Source: an uncultured Spirochaetota bacterium
Lineage (GTDB): Bacteria; Spirochaetota; Brevinematia; Brevinematales; JAOACQ01
Assembly (NCBI GenBank): GCA_963783575.1
Contig: CAWAOD010000016.1
Span: forward strand, 1-64,000
Reading direction: 5' to 3'
Length of the DNA stretch: 64,000 bases
A program made the translations under genes and the position numbers. Within the stretch, counting starts at the first letter, position 1, and every line of letters starts with the position of its first letter. Under the pieces are notes generated by a model that saw nothing but the letters and a program-made list of their open reading frames with translations, had not been told where the DNA came from and made no database searches. Positions 51,829 to 61,943 of the stretch are shown in pieces.

Positions 51829-53325
51829 ATGATAAAAAAAAAGAAATCTGCATACATTGCAATTACCGCATTAATTGGTTTTCTTTATATTTTATATTTT
51901 ATCTTTGAAGCGGGTATTGATCCAACCATTAGAAAAATAATATTGGCAATTACCATGCTGATTACCATTGGCGCTCTTATTTATTTATATTTACAAATTG
52001 GTATGAGTGAGCGTGAAAACAAAAATTTATTCGATAAATTATCGAATTTTTTTATTTTTACAAATAAATTCTATAACCATTATTTTGAATTTTATGAAAA
52101 CTTTCTTTCTTCAATCGAAGGAATACTTAATAACAATGTGAATGTTAAATTAAAGCCTGATTCGGAGTCCGGAATGCCGAAATTGCTGAAGGATAATTTT
52201 AATCAGGATGAATTATTTGGAGCTGTGGATTCTTTGATAAGCAGATTTGATAAGCTGACAGATGATTTTGAAAATGATAATAATGCTGTAATAATAGAAT
52301 TAAAAGAAAATTTAGGTAAATCGATTTTAAAAAAAGAAATGAGCGCTATTTTACTTGAAACAAAATATTATTCTGATGTTATTATCGAATTTATGGAATC
52401 CATAATAAAGAATTTGAATGAATCATCCGAGCCTCTATCCAATGGAGTTTATAAAATAAAGCTTAAAACCAGTGATTTTTTGAATAGTGTGACCAAATGG
52501 AACAATGATCTTACAAATGAAGATAGCGAGAAAAATTTTAACAAAATTATAGCAAAATATAACAATCAGAATGATGAATTTAAAAATATATTTTCGAATG
52601 TAAATGAAAATTATAATTTTTTAGAAAAAAATTTGAATAATATCAGTTTGATGTTCAAAAAGTTATTGGAAAGCGCCGATGCGATCCATGACATAGCGGA
52701 AAGTATCAGAGTCCTGTCTATAAATGCCTCCATTGAATCCGTAAGGGCTGGAAATTTCGGTAAAGGTTTTAAAATAGTTGCGGATGAAGTAAAAAAGTTA
52801 TCTGGCACAACGCAAGCCTATATTAAAAATATAATACCATTAATCAAGGAAACAGATAACATTGTTTCCAGGACATTGAACAGCTTTGAGACTGGGAAAA
52901 ATATCATCATCGATAAAATAAGCCTGCAAAAAAATGAATTCCAGCATTTTTATGATACATTGTCTGATTATTACAATGATTTTAAAAAGATATTTTCTTC
53001 CATCGCCAATGTTATAAATGAGGTTAACTTGAACATTGACAGTCTTGTGCCTATCTTTCATCTTAGTAATCTGTCAATCCAGGAAATGGAAAATATCAAC
53101 CGGATGATCAGGATTTTTCTGGATAAATATAATATCGAACTCACTGACAGTGAGCAGGCTGTTAATGATAATGACAAGAAGCAGATGTTCGAAAACCTTA
53201 TATTATCATTTAAAAAAGTAACGACAACTGAAAAAGAAATTGATGTTATCAATAGTATACTTAAAAAGCTGGATTTTAAAATCGATGAAATGAAAAAAAC
53301 GGATAAAACCGTGGAATTGTTTTAA
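51829..53325 (+). CDS. Atypical MCP without a periplasmic sensor
   Basis: Two closely spaced TM segments; VLSINASIESVRAGNFGKGFKIVADEVKKLS; C-terminal VELF. Confidence 0.8.
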   Translation: MIKKKKSAYIAITALIGFLYILYFIFEAGIDPTIRKIILAITMLITIGALIYLYLQIGMSERENKNLFDKLSNFFIFTNKFYNHYFEFYENFLSSIEGILNNNVNVKLKPDSESGMPKLLKDNFNQDELFGAVDSLISRFDKLTDDFENDNNAVIIELKENLGKSILKKEMSAILLETKYYSDVIIEFMESIIKNLNESSEPLSNGVYKIKLKTSDFLNSVTKWNNDLTNEDSEKNFNKIIAKYNNQNDEFKNIFSNVNENYNFLEKNLNNISLMFKKLLESADAIHDIAESIRVLSINASIESVRAGNFGKGFKIVADEVKKLSGTTQAYIKNIIPLIKETDNIVSRTLNSFETGKNIIIDKISLQKNEFQHFYDTLSDYYNDFKKIFSSIANVINEVNLNIDSLVPIFHLSNLSIQEMENINRMIRIFLDKYNIELTDSEQAVNDNDKKQMFENLILSFKKVTTTEKEIDVINSILKKLDFKIDEMKKTDKTVELF

Positions 53326-53359
53326 TAAGCGCATCGGAATTTTAAGGTAGAGGTATATT

Positions 53360-53722
53360 GTGAAAAAAATATTATTAGCGGATGATTCTCCGATTGTCAG
53401 GAACCTTATGAAAACAACATTATTTAAAACTTATGAACTTGTTGAGGCTGAAAACGGGCAGGATGCCGTTAATAAAGCTCAAAATAATGATATAGACCTG
53501 TTTTTACTGGATCTAAATATGCCCGTTATGAACGGAATTGACGTAGCCAAGGAACTCAGAAAAAGCGGTAAATATAGTTCTAAACCGATCCTTATCTGTA
53601 CAAGTGAGGTTAAAGAAGAAAGAAAACAGGAAGGAAAAGAAGCCGGTGTCAACGGATGGATATTGAAAACCTGTGATCCGGCAACACTTCTTCAGACAAT
53701 TGATAAACTGATTAATAAATAG
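53360..53722 (+). CDS. cheY: CheY-like response regulator
   Basis: ILLADDS, LLDLNMPVMNG, EGKEAGVNGWILK. Confidence 0.88.
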   Translation: MKKILLADDSPIVRNLMKTTLFKTYELVEAENGQDAVNKAQNNDIDLFLLDLNMPVMNGIDVAKELRKSGKYSSKPILICTSEVKEERKQEGKEAGVNGWILKTCDPATLLQTIDKLINK

Positions 53723-53736
53723 TAAGAATCTATAAT

Positions 53737-56700
53737 TTATTTACCGATATTTGAGTTAAACCGGTCTATAAATTCACGGATTTCATTGAACTTAAAGCTT
53801 TTAATATATTTCTTAATTCTTTCGGTGAATTCAGAGGTACCGGGATATTGTACTTCTACTCTTTCTATCCGGTTCCGCAGGCTTATAATATCGCCAATCT
53901 TCGCAAGCTCAAAAAGCATTTTCAGTTCTTCCTCCGGAGGAGGGAGTATTACCTCCGGCTTTTCACCGGCAGAATTATCATGCTTTACCTTCCGGCTTTT
54001 CAGTTTTTCAGCCCCGGAGAAGCTTTCAAAGCTTTCCATTTCAAGGTCAAACCAGAAATTGCTTCCTTTACCTTCGACGCTGCTGAAAAATAATTCACCG
54101 CCCATCATTTTTATCAGATTTTTTGTAATAGTCAAACCAAGCCCTGTTCCCCTGGTTTTATCGTTTTTATCCTTTAACTGCTTGAATGGCTCAAAAATAA
54201 TTTCCTTTTTATTTTCCGGTATACCGATCCCGGTATCTTCAATTTCAAAATGTAAATTATGCTTGCCCGGTAATTTTGTTTTTTTATTTTCGCTTATTCT
54301 TAGCGTTACGCTTCCCTTTTCTGTAAATTTCACAGCGTTGCTCAATAGATTAAGCAAGATTTGGCTCAGGCTGGATTCATCGCCGGATAAAGCGTCCGGT
54401 AAACCGGGGCTGACCGCCAGATTGAAAGCAATCTCTTTATCTTTTGCCTGAATTTCGATTATGGCGGTTACTGAATTTATAAATCTTCGCAGGTAAAAAG
54501 GCTGTTTATGTAATTCCATTTTTCCGGCTTCAATTTTGGAGAAATCGAGAAGATTATTTATCATTCCCAGGAGGTGTTCGCCGCTTCGGGTTATAGCTTT
54601 GGCACAGGTTAATTGTTTTTCATTTAAATCACTGCTCTGTTCGAGCATTCTTGCGTAGCCTAATATTGCGTTAAGTGGTGTACGCAATTCATGGCTCATA
54701 TTTGCCAGGAAACGGCTTTTAGCCTGGTTTGCGCTTTCTGCCGCTTCTTTTGCCGAATTCAAAGCGTCTTCCGCCAATTTACGGTCGGTAATATCCTGTC
54801 CTTGGGCGATTGTTGCTATAAGTGTTTTCCCATCTTTTGAATAAATATTTGCTGAATTCCAGAGAACAATGCGAATTTCGCCGTTATTCCTCAGTATCGG
54901 GACTTCTAATGCTTCAAGATAAGCGCCGTTAAAGGTCTTCTCTAACCTAGCCAGCGAACCCTCCCTGCTGTTGACGGGGAATAGAACGCTTAATTCTTTT
55001 CCCAGCATTTCTAGTGCTTTAGCGCCGGTTAGCCTTTCGAAAGCCCGGTTAAACAGGGTAATTTTGAATTCACTGTCCCAGCAAATTATTGGAGCGTTTG
55101 CATAATTTATAAGGTTTTCAAAGTAGTCGCGTGTCTGCCGCAGGGATTCCTCCGCTTTTTCATGCGTCATACGGAGCCTGCCGGTAATAATACCGAAAGA
55201 CAGGTCGCTCACCAATTCGCTTAAAAGAACGACCTCATCGCTGTTGAAGGAATCAGGTTTTCTTGAATAAATTGTTACTGCGCCGAAAGCGTAATCATAT
55301 TCCAATAACGGCAATGCTATCGATGAGGCATACCCGCGTTTTATAGCCTCTCCCCTCCATGGCTTGAATCTAGGATCGGTAAGCATGTCTGGGCAAATTG
55401 AAGGTTTGCCTGTCCTGATTGCCGTCCCGGTGGGGCCTCTTCCACGGTCTTTATTATCCCAGGTAAGATGCAGCGTCTCGAGATATCCTTCCTCGTATCC
55501 GGCATAAGCGACAGGCATAATACTTTTTTCTTCGTTCATTTCTCTAAAGCCGATCCAGACCATCGCATGTCCGCAGTTTTCCACTATTATCCTGCAAACC
55601 TCATTCAGATATTCCTTCTCGTTTGCCGACTTCATCATTGCTTTGTTGCTCTGGCTGAGGGCTGTAAGAATACGGTTAAGCCTTTGAAGCTCAGCCTCCT
55701 TTTTCTCGCTCAGGATGAGTTCGTTATTTACCTTCTCGAATAGCCTTGAATTCCTGATCGCGAGTGAAACAGATGTTTTAAGTTTATTGCCGAAATCAAT
55801 ATCAGCTTCCGTAAATGAATAGATATTTTTATGATAATTAAAAAAAATAACGCCTATTGCCGATTCCAAGTCAAACAGCGGGATTACCATTACGGACCGG
55901 ATTCCCCATTTTTTTATGTGTTTCCTGTTTACTCTTTTATCATTGAAAGTGTCGTTTATGGTAATAATCTTTTTGGAATTGACGGCAAGCATCGTATGAG
56001 GCTCCTCATCATTGTCCATTTCCAAACCGATTACGTTGTGAGTAAAACCATAACTGTTATTTATTACCCAGTGCCCGGTAATATTGAGGGATATTGCGGC
56101 AGTTTCGCTTCCAAGGGCATTTGCGGCTTTCTCTACTATCGATTGAAGGTAATAATTCATATCCAGCGTTGAATGGAGCAGGTCATTTATGTTATAAAGA
56201 GCGTTGTTAAGTTTTTCAACCCGCCTGCGCATGCTTATATCTCGAAATACAAGAACCGCTCCTATGATGTTTCCTTTTGAATTTTTTATTGGCGCGCCGC
56301 TGTCATCGATAGGAATTCCGGTTCCATCCCTGCGCATAAGAAGAGTGTGGTTGGCAAGCCCAACAATCAATCCTTTCTCCAGAACCATCGCCGCGGGATT
56401 TGTAACAGCAAGCCCTGTATTTTCATTAATTATTTTGAATACTTCATTCGAAGGCTTTCCTAAAGCCTCATTAAGAGTCCACCCTGTCAAATTCAGGGCA
56501 ACGGCATTGATGAAAGTAACATTACCCGATGCATCCGTCGCAATAACCGCGTCGCCGATGCTCGAAAGGGTTGTTGAATAACGTTCTTCGCTTTCAAGTA
56601 AAGCCTCTTCCGCGACTTTACGGGAAGTAATATCCGTTAGCATACCAAGGGAGCCTGCAAAATTGCCATCGCCGTCAAAGAGCGGCGAAGCGTTGGATAT

Positions 56701-57687
56701 GGCCCATAGAGCCGACCCGTCCCGGCGGATAAATTTGTATTCAAAGCTTTCTACAATACCTTTCTTCCTTCTTTCAAGAATCAAATCTACTGAGGCTTTT
56801 TCACTTTCATACATGAATTCCGTTGATTTTCTGCCTATCATTTCTTCGGGACTATATCCCAGCATTTCCGCCATTCTTTTATTGACATATGTAGTTGATA
56901 ATTTGGAGTCTATAATCCAGATGCCCTCATTCGCCGTTTCAACAATGCCCCTGTATTTTTCCCCGCTTAACCGCAGAGCTTCCTCCGCTGCGATCCGGTT
57001 AGTTATATCCAGGCTGTATATGCGTATGCATTCATAAACCTTATTGAAGGCAAAGCTTTGATGGAGCCATATATTGCCTATCTTTATTTCACGCAAATAA
57101 AGATCATCTTTCCCGGCTTTAAAATTATTTATGATGGAATCTATATCCTTAAAGAATAAATGCCCGGTTCCAAGCTTCTCAAGACCGGGGAACATGTTTT
57201 TTGCGGCCCTGTTGATGAACTGGATTTTCCCGGACAAATCCGTTTCCACAACCGGGTGCGGGTTCATAACTGGAAAAGAGACCATTTCTACCAGACTTTC
57301 TTCGGTATTCCTTTGTTCCATTATGTCAATTATAGATATTGCAACTCCGAATTCATTCTCAGACTGTATTATGGGGATTGAATTCAATAATATTAAATGT
57401 TCTTTTCCGTCTTTTGCCGTAAATTTTATTTCTCTTTTGTTTAAATATTTTTTATCGAGAATGGACTTATAAGTTACAACCTCATCGTTTACGCTTTTTA
57501 ATTGGAAAATACTGTCAAAATGTTTATTCAGGGGATTTTCTCCGCATATAGTTTCCGCAACGGGATTTGCCATTATTATTATTCCTTTTTTACTGCAGAA
57601 GACTATTCCATCTGAAGAAAGTTTCATTACTGCATCGGCTATTGTTTCGGCTGGTACTTTTTGTGATACTGTAATAATTTCTTTCAT
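53737..57687 (-). CDS. Multi-PAS/GAF sensor histidine kinase
   Basis: Several PAS domains, two GAF domains, FLANMSHELRTPLN, NLLSNAVKFT, GTGLGL; no receiver domain. Confidence 0.92.
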   Translation of the reverse strand: MKEIITVSQKVPAETIADAVMKLSSDGIVFCSKKGIIIMANPVAETICGENPLNKHFDSIFQLKSVNDEVVTYKSILDKKYLNKREIKFTAKDGKEHLILLNSIPIIQSENEFGVAISIIDIMEQRNTEESLVEMVSFPVMNPHPVVETDLSGKIQFINRAAKNMFPGLEKLGTGHLFFKDIDSIINNFKAGKDDLYLREIKIGNIWLHQSFAFNKVYECIRIYSLDITNRIAAEEALRLSGEKYRGIVETANEGIWIIDSKLSTTYVNKRMAEMLGYSPEEMIGRKSTEFMYESEKASVDLILERRKKGIVESFEYKFIRRDGSALWAISNASPLFDGDGNFAGSLGMLTDITSRKVAEEALLESEERYSTTLSSIGDAVIATDASGNVTFINAVALNLTGWTLNEALGKPSNEVFKIINENTGLAVTNPAAMVLEKGLIVGLANHTLLMRRDGTGIPIDDSGAPIKNSKGNIIGAVLVFRDISMRRRVEKLNNALYNINDLLHSTLDMNYYLQSIVEKAANALGSETAAISLNITGHWVINNSYGFTHNVIGLEMDNDEEPHTMLAVNSKKIITINDTFNDKRVNRKHIKKWGIRSVMVIPLFDLESAIGVIFFNYHKNIYSFTEADIDFGNKLKTSVSLAIRNSRLFEKVNNELILSEKKEAELQRLNRILTALSQSNKAMMKSANEKEYLNEVCRIIVENCGHAMVWIGFREMNEEKSIMPVAYAGYEEGYLETLHLTWDNKDRGRGPTGTAIRTGKPSICPDMLTDPRFKPWRGEAIKRGYASSIALPLLEYDYAFGAVTIYSRKPDSFNSDEVVLLSELVSDLSFGIITGRLRMTHEKAEESLRQTRDYFENLINYANAPIICWDSEFKITLFNRAFERLTGAKALEMLGKELSVLFPVNSREGSLARLEKTFNGAYLEALEVPILRNNGEIRIVLWNSANIYSKDGKTLIATIAQGQDITDRKLAEDALNSAKEAAESANQAKSRFLANMSHELRTPLNAILGYARMLEQSSDLNEKQLTCAKAITRSGEHLLGMINNLLDFSKIEAGKMELHKQPFYLRRFINSVTAIIEIQAKDKEIAFNLAVSPGLPDALSGDESSLSQILLNLLSNAVKFTEKGSVTLRISENKKTKLPGKHNLHFEIEDTGIGIPENKKEIIFEPFKQLKDKNDKTRGTGLGLTITKNLIKMMGGELFFSSVEGKGSNFWFDLEMESFESFSGAEKLKSRKVKHDNSAGEKPEVILPPPEEELKMLFELAKIGDIISLRNRIERVEVQYPGTSEFTERIKKYIKSFKFNEIREFIDRFNSNIGK

Positions 57688-57963
57688 AATGAATTCTCCG
57701 GAATAAAGGTTTTGTGCTTTTATTTTATATTTTTATTGAGCCGTTATAACCTTCACCTCCTAGATGAGCTCAGAACGGGCTTACTGAAATAGGAGGGAAA
57801 TATTAAATTAATTCATTGTTCGGTTTAATTAATTATTCAAATTATATATTATACAAAATTAAATTTTAATGCAATTAAAAAGTTAATAATTAGATTATTA
57901 AGGGAAAGATTTTTGCAAAAAAATTCTTCCTGTTATAGAATCTATTCAATATTATTATTTAAT

Positions 57964-58106
57964 AGGCACTTCTAAATGCTTTTTTTAGAAGTGCCTGCTT
58001 AAACATTAATAAAGTTTTTGTCATTCTGCCATATACACTTGCAAAAACTTCAAGGGCAGTTCCGTAATATTAAAAAGGCGGGTTTAATAAGATTTTGGAA
58101 CTGCCC
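57964..58106. repeat. Two miniature inverted-repeat elements
   Basis: AGGCACTTCTAAA/TTTAGAAGTGCCT (57964-57996) and GGGCAGTTCC/GGAACTGCCC (58054-58106). Confidence 0.6.
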
Positions 58107-58138
58107 AAATATCAAATGTTTTTTATATATTTGGAGTT

Positions 58139-59987
58139 GTGATGGGAAATACCCTGAGGACTATTCTAAAGAAAATAAAGCCTGCCGGGGTTCAAAATAA
58201 AGTATCCATCCCCCTGTATTTGTCCATCTATCTGCTTTACATCCTAATTATCTTCAGTATTGATCTTTTTCACTTTTTGTCTTACTGCCTTCCCGCGTTT
58301 CCGGCTTTATGCATCATCCTGATTATTCTATGTGTTTTAGCCATTATTTTTATTATAATTAATTCTGTAAGAATCGAAACGGGCGGGTTTGATGCGGCCG
58401 ATTTTCTGGCCGCATTAATATTGATTCTTTTATATTTTATGCGTATGCCGTATCCCGATACTAATTTTGACACCCGCAATTATCATCTTTTTTTTCAGAG
58501 TTTTCAATTTAAGGATATTATCCATTATCATTTTTTTCCTGTCTCTATTTATTCTTTTTTTTACCCCCTGTCTGACAGGATGTTTTATATATTCAGGACG
58601 GCGCTGGGCTACCGCGCCGGGACAGTGCTGAACTACCTGGTGATAGTTTTAATTTACAAACAGGTAAAAGACATTTTATTCCGCTATATAAGCCTTAGAG
58701 GCATCAAAATCGGTAATTTTTTATTAGGTATTTTATCATTACTTACAGTTTCTACGGAATTTATATTTTTTAATTTTGCGACTTATTTAGTCGATCTTAT
58801 GTTTATACCGCTTTTATTGGAGGTATTGAAGCTGATCTTGTTCCGGGAGGACGGCAGGCCGCAGTTGTTTTATTACTGCGCCGTTCTTTCAGATTTGCCC
58901 TGGCTTTAAAATTTACGGCTGTTATTTTTATAATTATACTCATAGGCTTTTTCCTGATGAGAAACCGGAAAAGCATAAATTTGAAAAAAATGCTTCTTTG
59001 CTCATTGTTGTTTTTTTTACCGGTATCAATTTATGCCGTATTCAGCTATGTTAATACAGGAAACCCAATTTACCCGTTTTTTGACGGAATATTCCATTCA
59101 CCCTATTATATTAAATTCTCTTCAACGGACAGGGATATGAGATGGGCCCGGTTAAAAACATCCTGGAATATCTTTTATGGCCCGCATATTGCGCTTTTGT
59201 TCCGAAAAGGCTTTCGGAACTGGATGTTTACAGCGGAAGATTAGCCCTGGGTTATTGCGCCGGTCTGATTCTATCGATTTTGATTATTCTGAAAAAAGAA
59301 ACTTCCGGTAAAATTCTAAAAAATCTTGCTTTTATTATCCTTTTATCTGGATTTTTATGGGGGGCTACTACCGGCTATATCAGATATGCTTTATTTATTG
59401 AGGTCATCAGTGGAATATTCATTACTTTTATCTGCCTGGAGTTTTTATACATATCCGGGAAAAAAGCCGTCCGGGCATCCGGGATGATAATTTTACTGCT
59501 CTTTATTGCTCAGGCATATTACAGTTATGACCTCTATATCTACAAGAACCGCGATTGGTCATGGCGGCCCAGGCCCTATAAAGACCTACCAGGATATTTA
59601 TGGAATATCTCAATGATAGGCAGAGACAGGAATCTAACCGGAAAGGATGAAATCAAATTAATAAAAAAAGTCGATTTGTGGATAATAAGCAGGAGTTTTA
59701 CAAGCTGTACCTCAATATTGAAAGATGACGTCCCAATATTCAAAGTTGATTTCAATAAAGGGCCGTCTTTATTTCAGCTTCAATACCGTAAATATTATGA
59801 CCAAATCAGCAATCAGAGGGTGTTCGAGGTTTATGAACATCAGGATATTGAAAAAGCTCTCCCGGATTTGAAAAATAGCTATCGCTCACTCGGATTTGAT
59901 GTCGTTAATTACAGCGTAATTCACCCGCCATATTTATTGGACAACGGTATTATGTACCTTCTGGAATTAAGAAAATCCGGATTTTAA
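58139..59987 (+). pseudogene. Polytopic membrane protein (GT-C glycosyltransferase-like), split by two one-base frameshifts
   Basis: DTRNYH, ALKFT and TGNPIYPF motifs. Adding a G near 58892 and in GGG 59144-59146 fuses the three ORFs. Confidence 0.7.
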
Positions 59988-60007
59988 CAAGCATTCCCCT
60001 TCGGCGG

Positions 60008-61698
60008 CAGACTGTGTGAAAACACAGTAAAATTTTATAGTAAAATCGATTAATTATACAAAGACTCCATTTTTTGATATATTTTTCAAGCTAAAAAAAT
60101 CTTAGTTTAAAAAATCTATCCGAATACGATAAACGATGGTTTATTAGCATCAAACCAGAGTCATAAGTCTCTTTATTCCCAATATATTCAATACTTTTAT
60201 TAAATTATGAATGAATCCTGCCAAACTGGATTCCGTCAGAACGCCATCCTTTCCCTTCATTAAAAAATAACTGTAACCCATATTCCTTTTTATCGATCCA
60301 AATGGATGTTCACATATCTCTTTCCTTTTCTCTATGATCTTTTTCCCGGCTTCAGAACGAATTTTCCTCTTGAAGTTCTCAATTTCTTCTTTTCTAACTG
60401 GTACTTTGATACTTCGTCCTTCCACGCTTTCAGTACACTTATTTCTTACTTCACATTGGCTGCATAAGCCGCACTTGTACCTGACTATCTCTTTTCCTCC
60501 ATTGACCGTCTCTACTTTTTTCCCATTTCTCACTAATGGGTTTCCCTCCGGACAATAATAAACATCTTGTCCCGGATCATATTTGAATTTATCAACCTGG
60601 TATTCTTCAGCAGGTACTCCTTTATTATCTTCTTTGCCTCGAATCCTTGCCTTATGTCCGTCATCCGGATTCGGCATATATACGTTATGTCCCTTATCTA
60701 TACATTCCAGTATCTGCGGTTCGCTGTAATAACCGGCATCCGATACTTTGACCGTTTCAGTCTCTACCTTAAGCTCGTCCTTTATTTCTTCTACTCGGTC
60801 ACACATTCCTGCCATCTGTTTGATATCATTGTTTTCATTCGTCACATCAATCGCCACAATCAGTTTATTAGCATCATCTACTGCCATCTGCAGATTATAT
60901 GCAATGTCGGATTTCCCTTTATCATTCATAAACCGGCTTTCCGGGTCATTTGAATAATATTTCTCCATTTCAGGATTTCCCTCAAAAATCTTTTTAATAG
61001 CCTCAACTTTATCCTTTTTTGTTTTCAATTTTTTAAAACGTTCCGCTATCTTTCCGGAAAGAAATTCAAATTCATTCTTTTCTTCCTTATCGTTCTTATC
61101 CATCTCGTTCAAATATTCTTCGATCTTTTGATCTATTCTATGTATGATTTCTTCTATGTTTTTCCTATGATAAACATTGTTATTGTGGTTTTGCGCACTG
61201 ATCTTGGTTCCATCTATTCCAACCACGTCAAATGATAAAAGCCCGGCTTTATGACATATCTTCAAAAATTCTCTGAATATCGACTGTATTCCCTTCTTAT
61301 TATCTTTCCTGAAGTCGGCAATCGTCTTGAAATCCGGCGCTAGTCGTCCAGTCAGCCACATCAACTCTGTGTTTCTTCGGCACTCTCTCTCTAATTTCCT
61401 GCTTGTCCTGATTTTATTCAAATATCCGTAAATATAGATTTTTAAAAGTATTTCGGATTTATATGAACTTCTGCCGGTTGATGCTTCTTTTACTTTAAAA
61501 CCAACTCCTTTCATATTTAGCTTATCAACAAAAATATCTATAAACCTTACCGGATCTTCTTCTCCTAACAGATCTTCCAGTGTTTCATTGAACAGAGCTA
61601 TCTGATCCCTTGATTCTCCCTCAATATGCTTCATCTTTTACTCCGATTATTTTTGTTCTAATAATTATAGCATATTTACTGTGTTTTCACACAGTCTG
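60008..61698 (-). mobile_element. IS1182-family insertion sequence
   Basis: Perfect terminal inverted repeats CAGACTGTGTGAAAACACAGTAAA (60008-60031 and 61675-61698), flanked by CGG on both sides. Confidence 0.92.
60150..61634 (-). CDS. IS1182-family DDE transposase
   Basis: LLKIYIYGY, SRKLERE, PDFKTIADFR, IDGTKI, DAGY, EHPFGSIK. Confidence 0.95.
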   Translation of the reverse strand: MKHIEGESRDQIALFNETLEDLLGEEDPVRFIDIFVDKLNMKGVGFKVKEASTGRSSYKSEILLKIYIYGYLNKIRTSRKLERECRRNTELMWLTGRLAPDFKTIADFRKDNKKGIQSIFREFLKICHKAGLLSFDVVGIDGTKISAQNHNNNVYHRKNIEEIIHRIDQKIEEYLNEMDKNDKEEKNEFEFLSGKIAERFKKLKTKKDKVEAIKKIFEGNPEMEKYYSNDPESRFMNDKGKSDIAYNLQMAVDDANKLIVAIDVTNENNDIKQMAGMCDRVEEIKDELKVETETVKVSDAGYYSEPQILECIDKGHNVYMPNPDDGHKARIRGKEDNKGVPAEEYQVDKFKYDPGQDVYYCPEGNPLVRNGKKVETVNGGKEIVRYKCGLCSQCEVRNKCTESVEGRSIKVPVRKEEIENFKRKIRSEAGKKIIEKRKEICEHPFGSIKRNMGYSYFLMKGKDGVLTESSLAGFIHNLIKVLNILGIKRLMTLV

Positions 61699-61943
61699 CG
61701 GGCTCAGGGCAGGCTGATTGACCGTAGTAAATCAATTCGTTTTTCATGATACGTGACTTTTTTTAGCGGATTGTTTATATTAAAAATGAGGAATTATTAA
61801 AAACAAATATTTCCAATAAGATGAACTGTTTTTGTACAGATTAGCATTATATGTTATAATTTATGCAAGTTCTTACAATTTGACATCTTTTTTTGTTGGA
61901 GTTTATGACATCATTTAAGATGGCTGACTCAGGGGGAAAATTA

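Noticed and set aside
53786..57472. Several plus-strand ORFs, including one of 221 aa
   Set aside because: Antisense to the 1316-aa kinase; the same applies to the shadow ORFs over cheA, fusA, cysK and the ABC ATPase.
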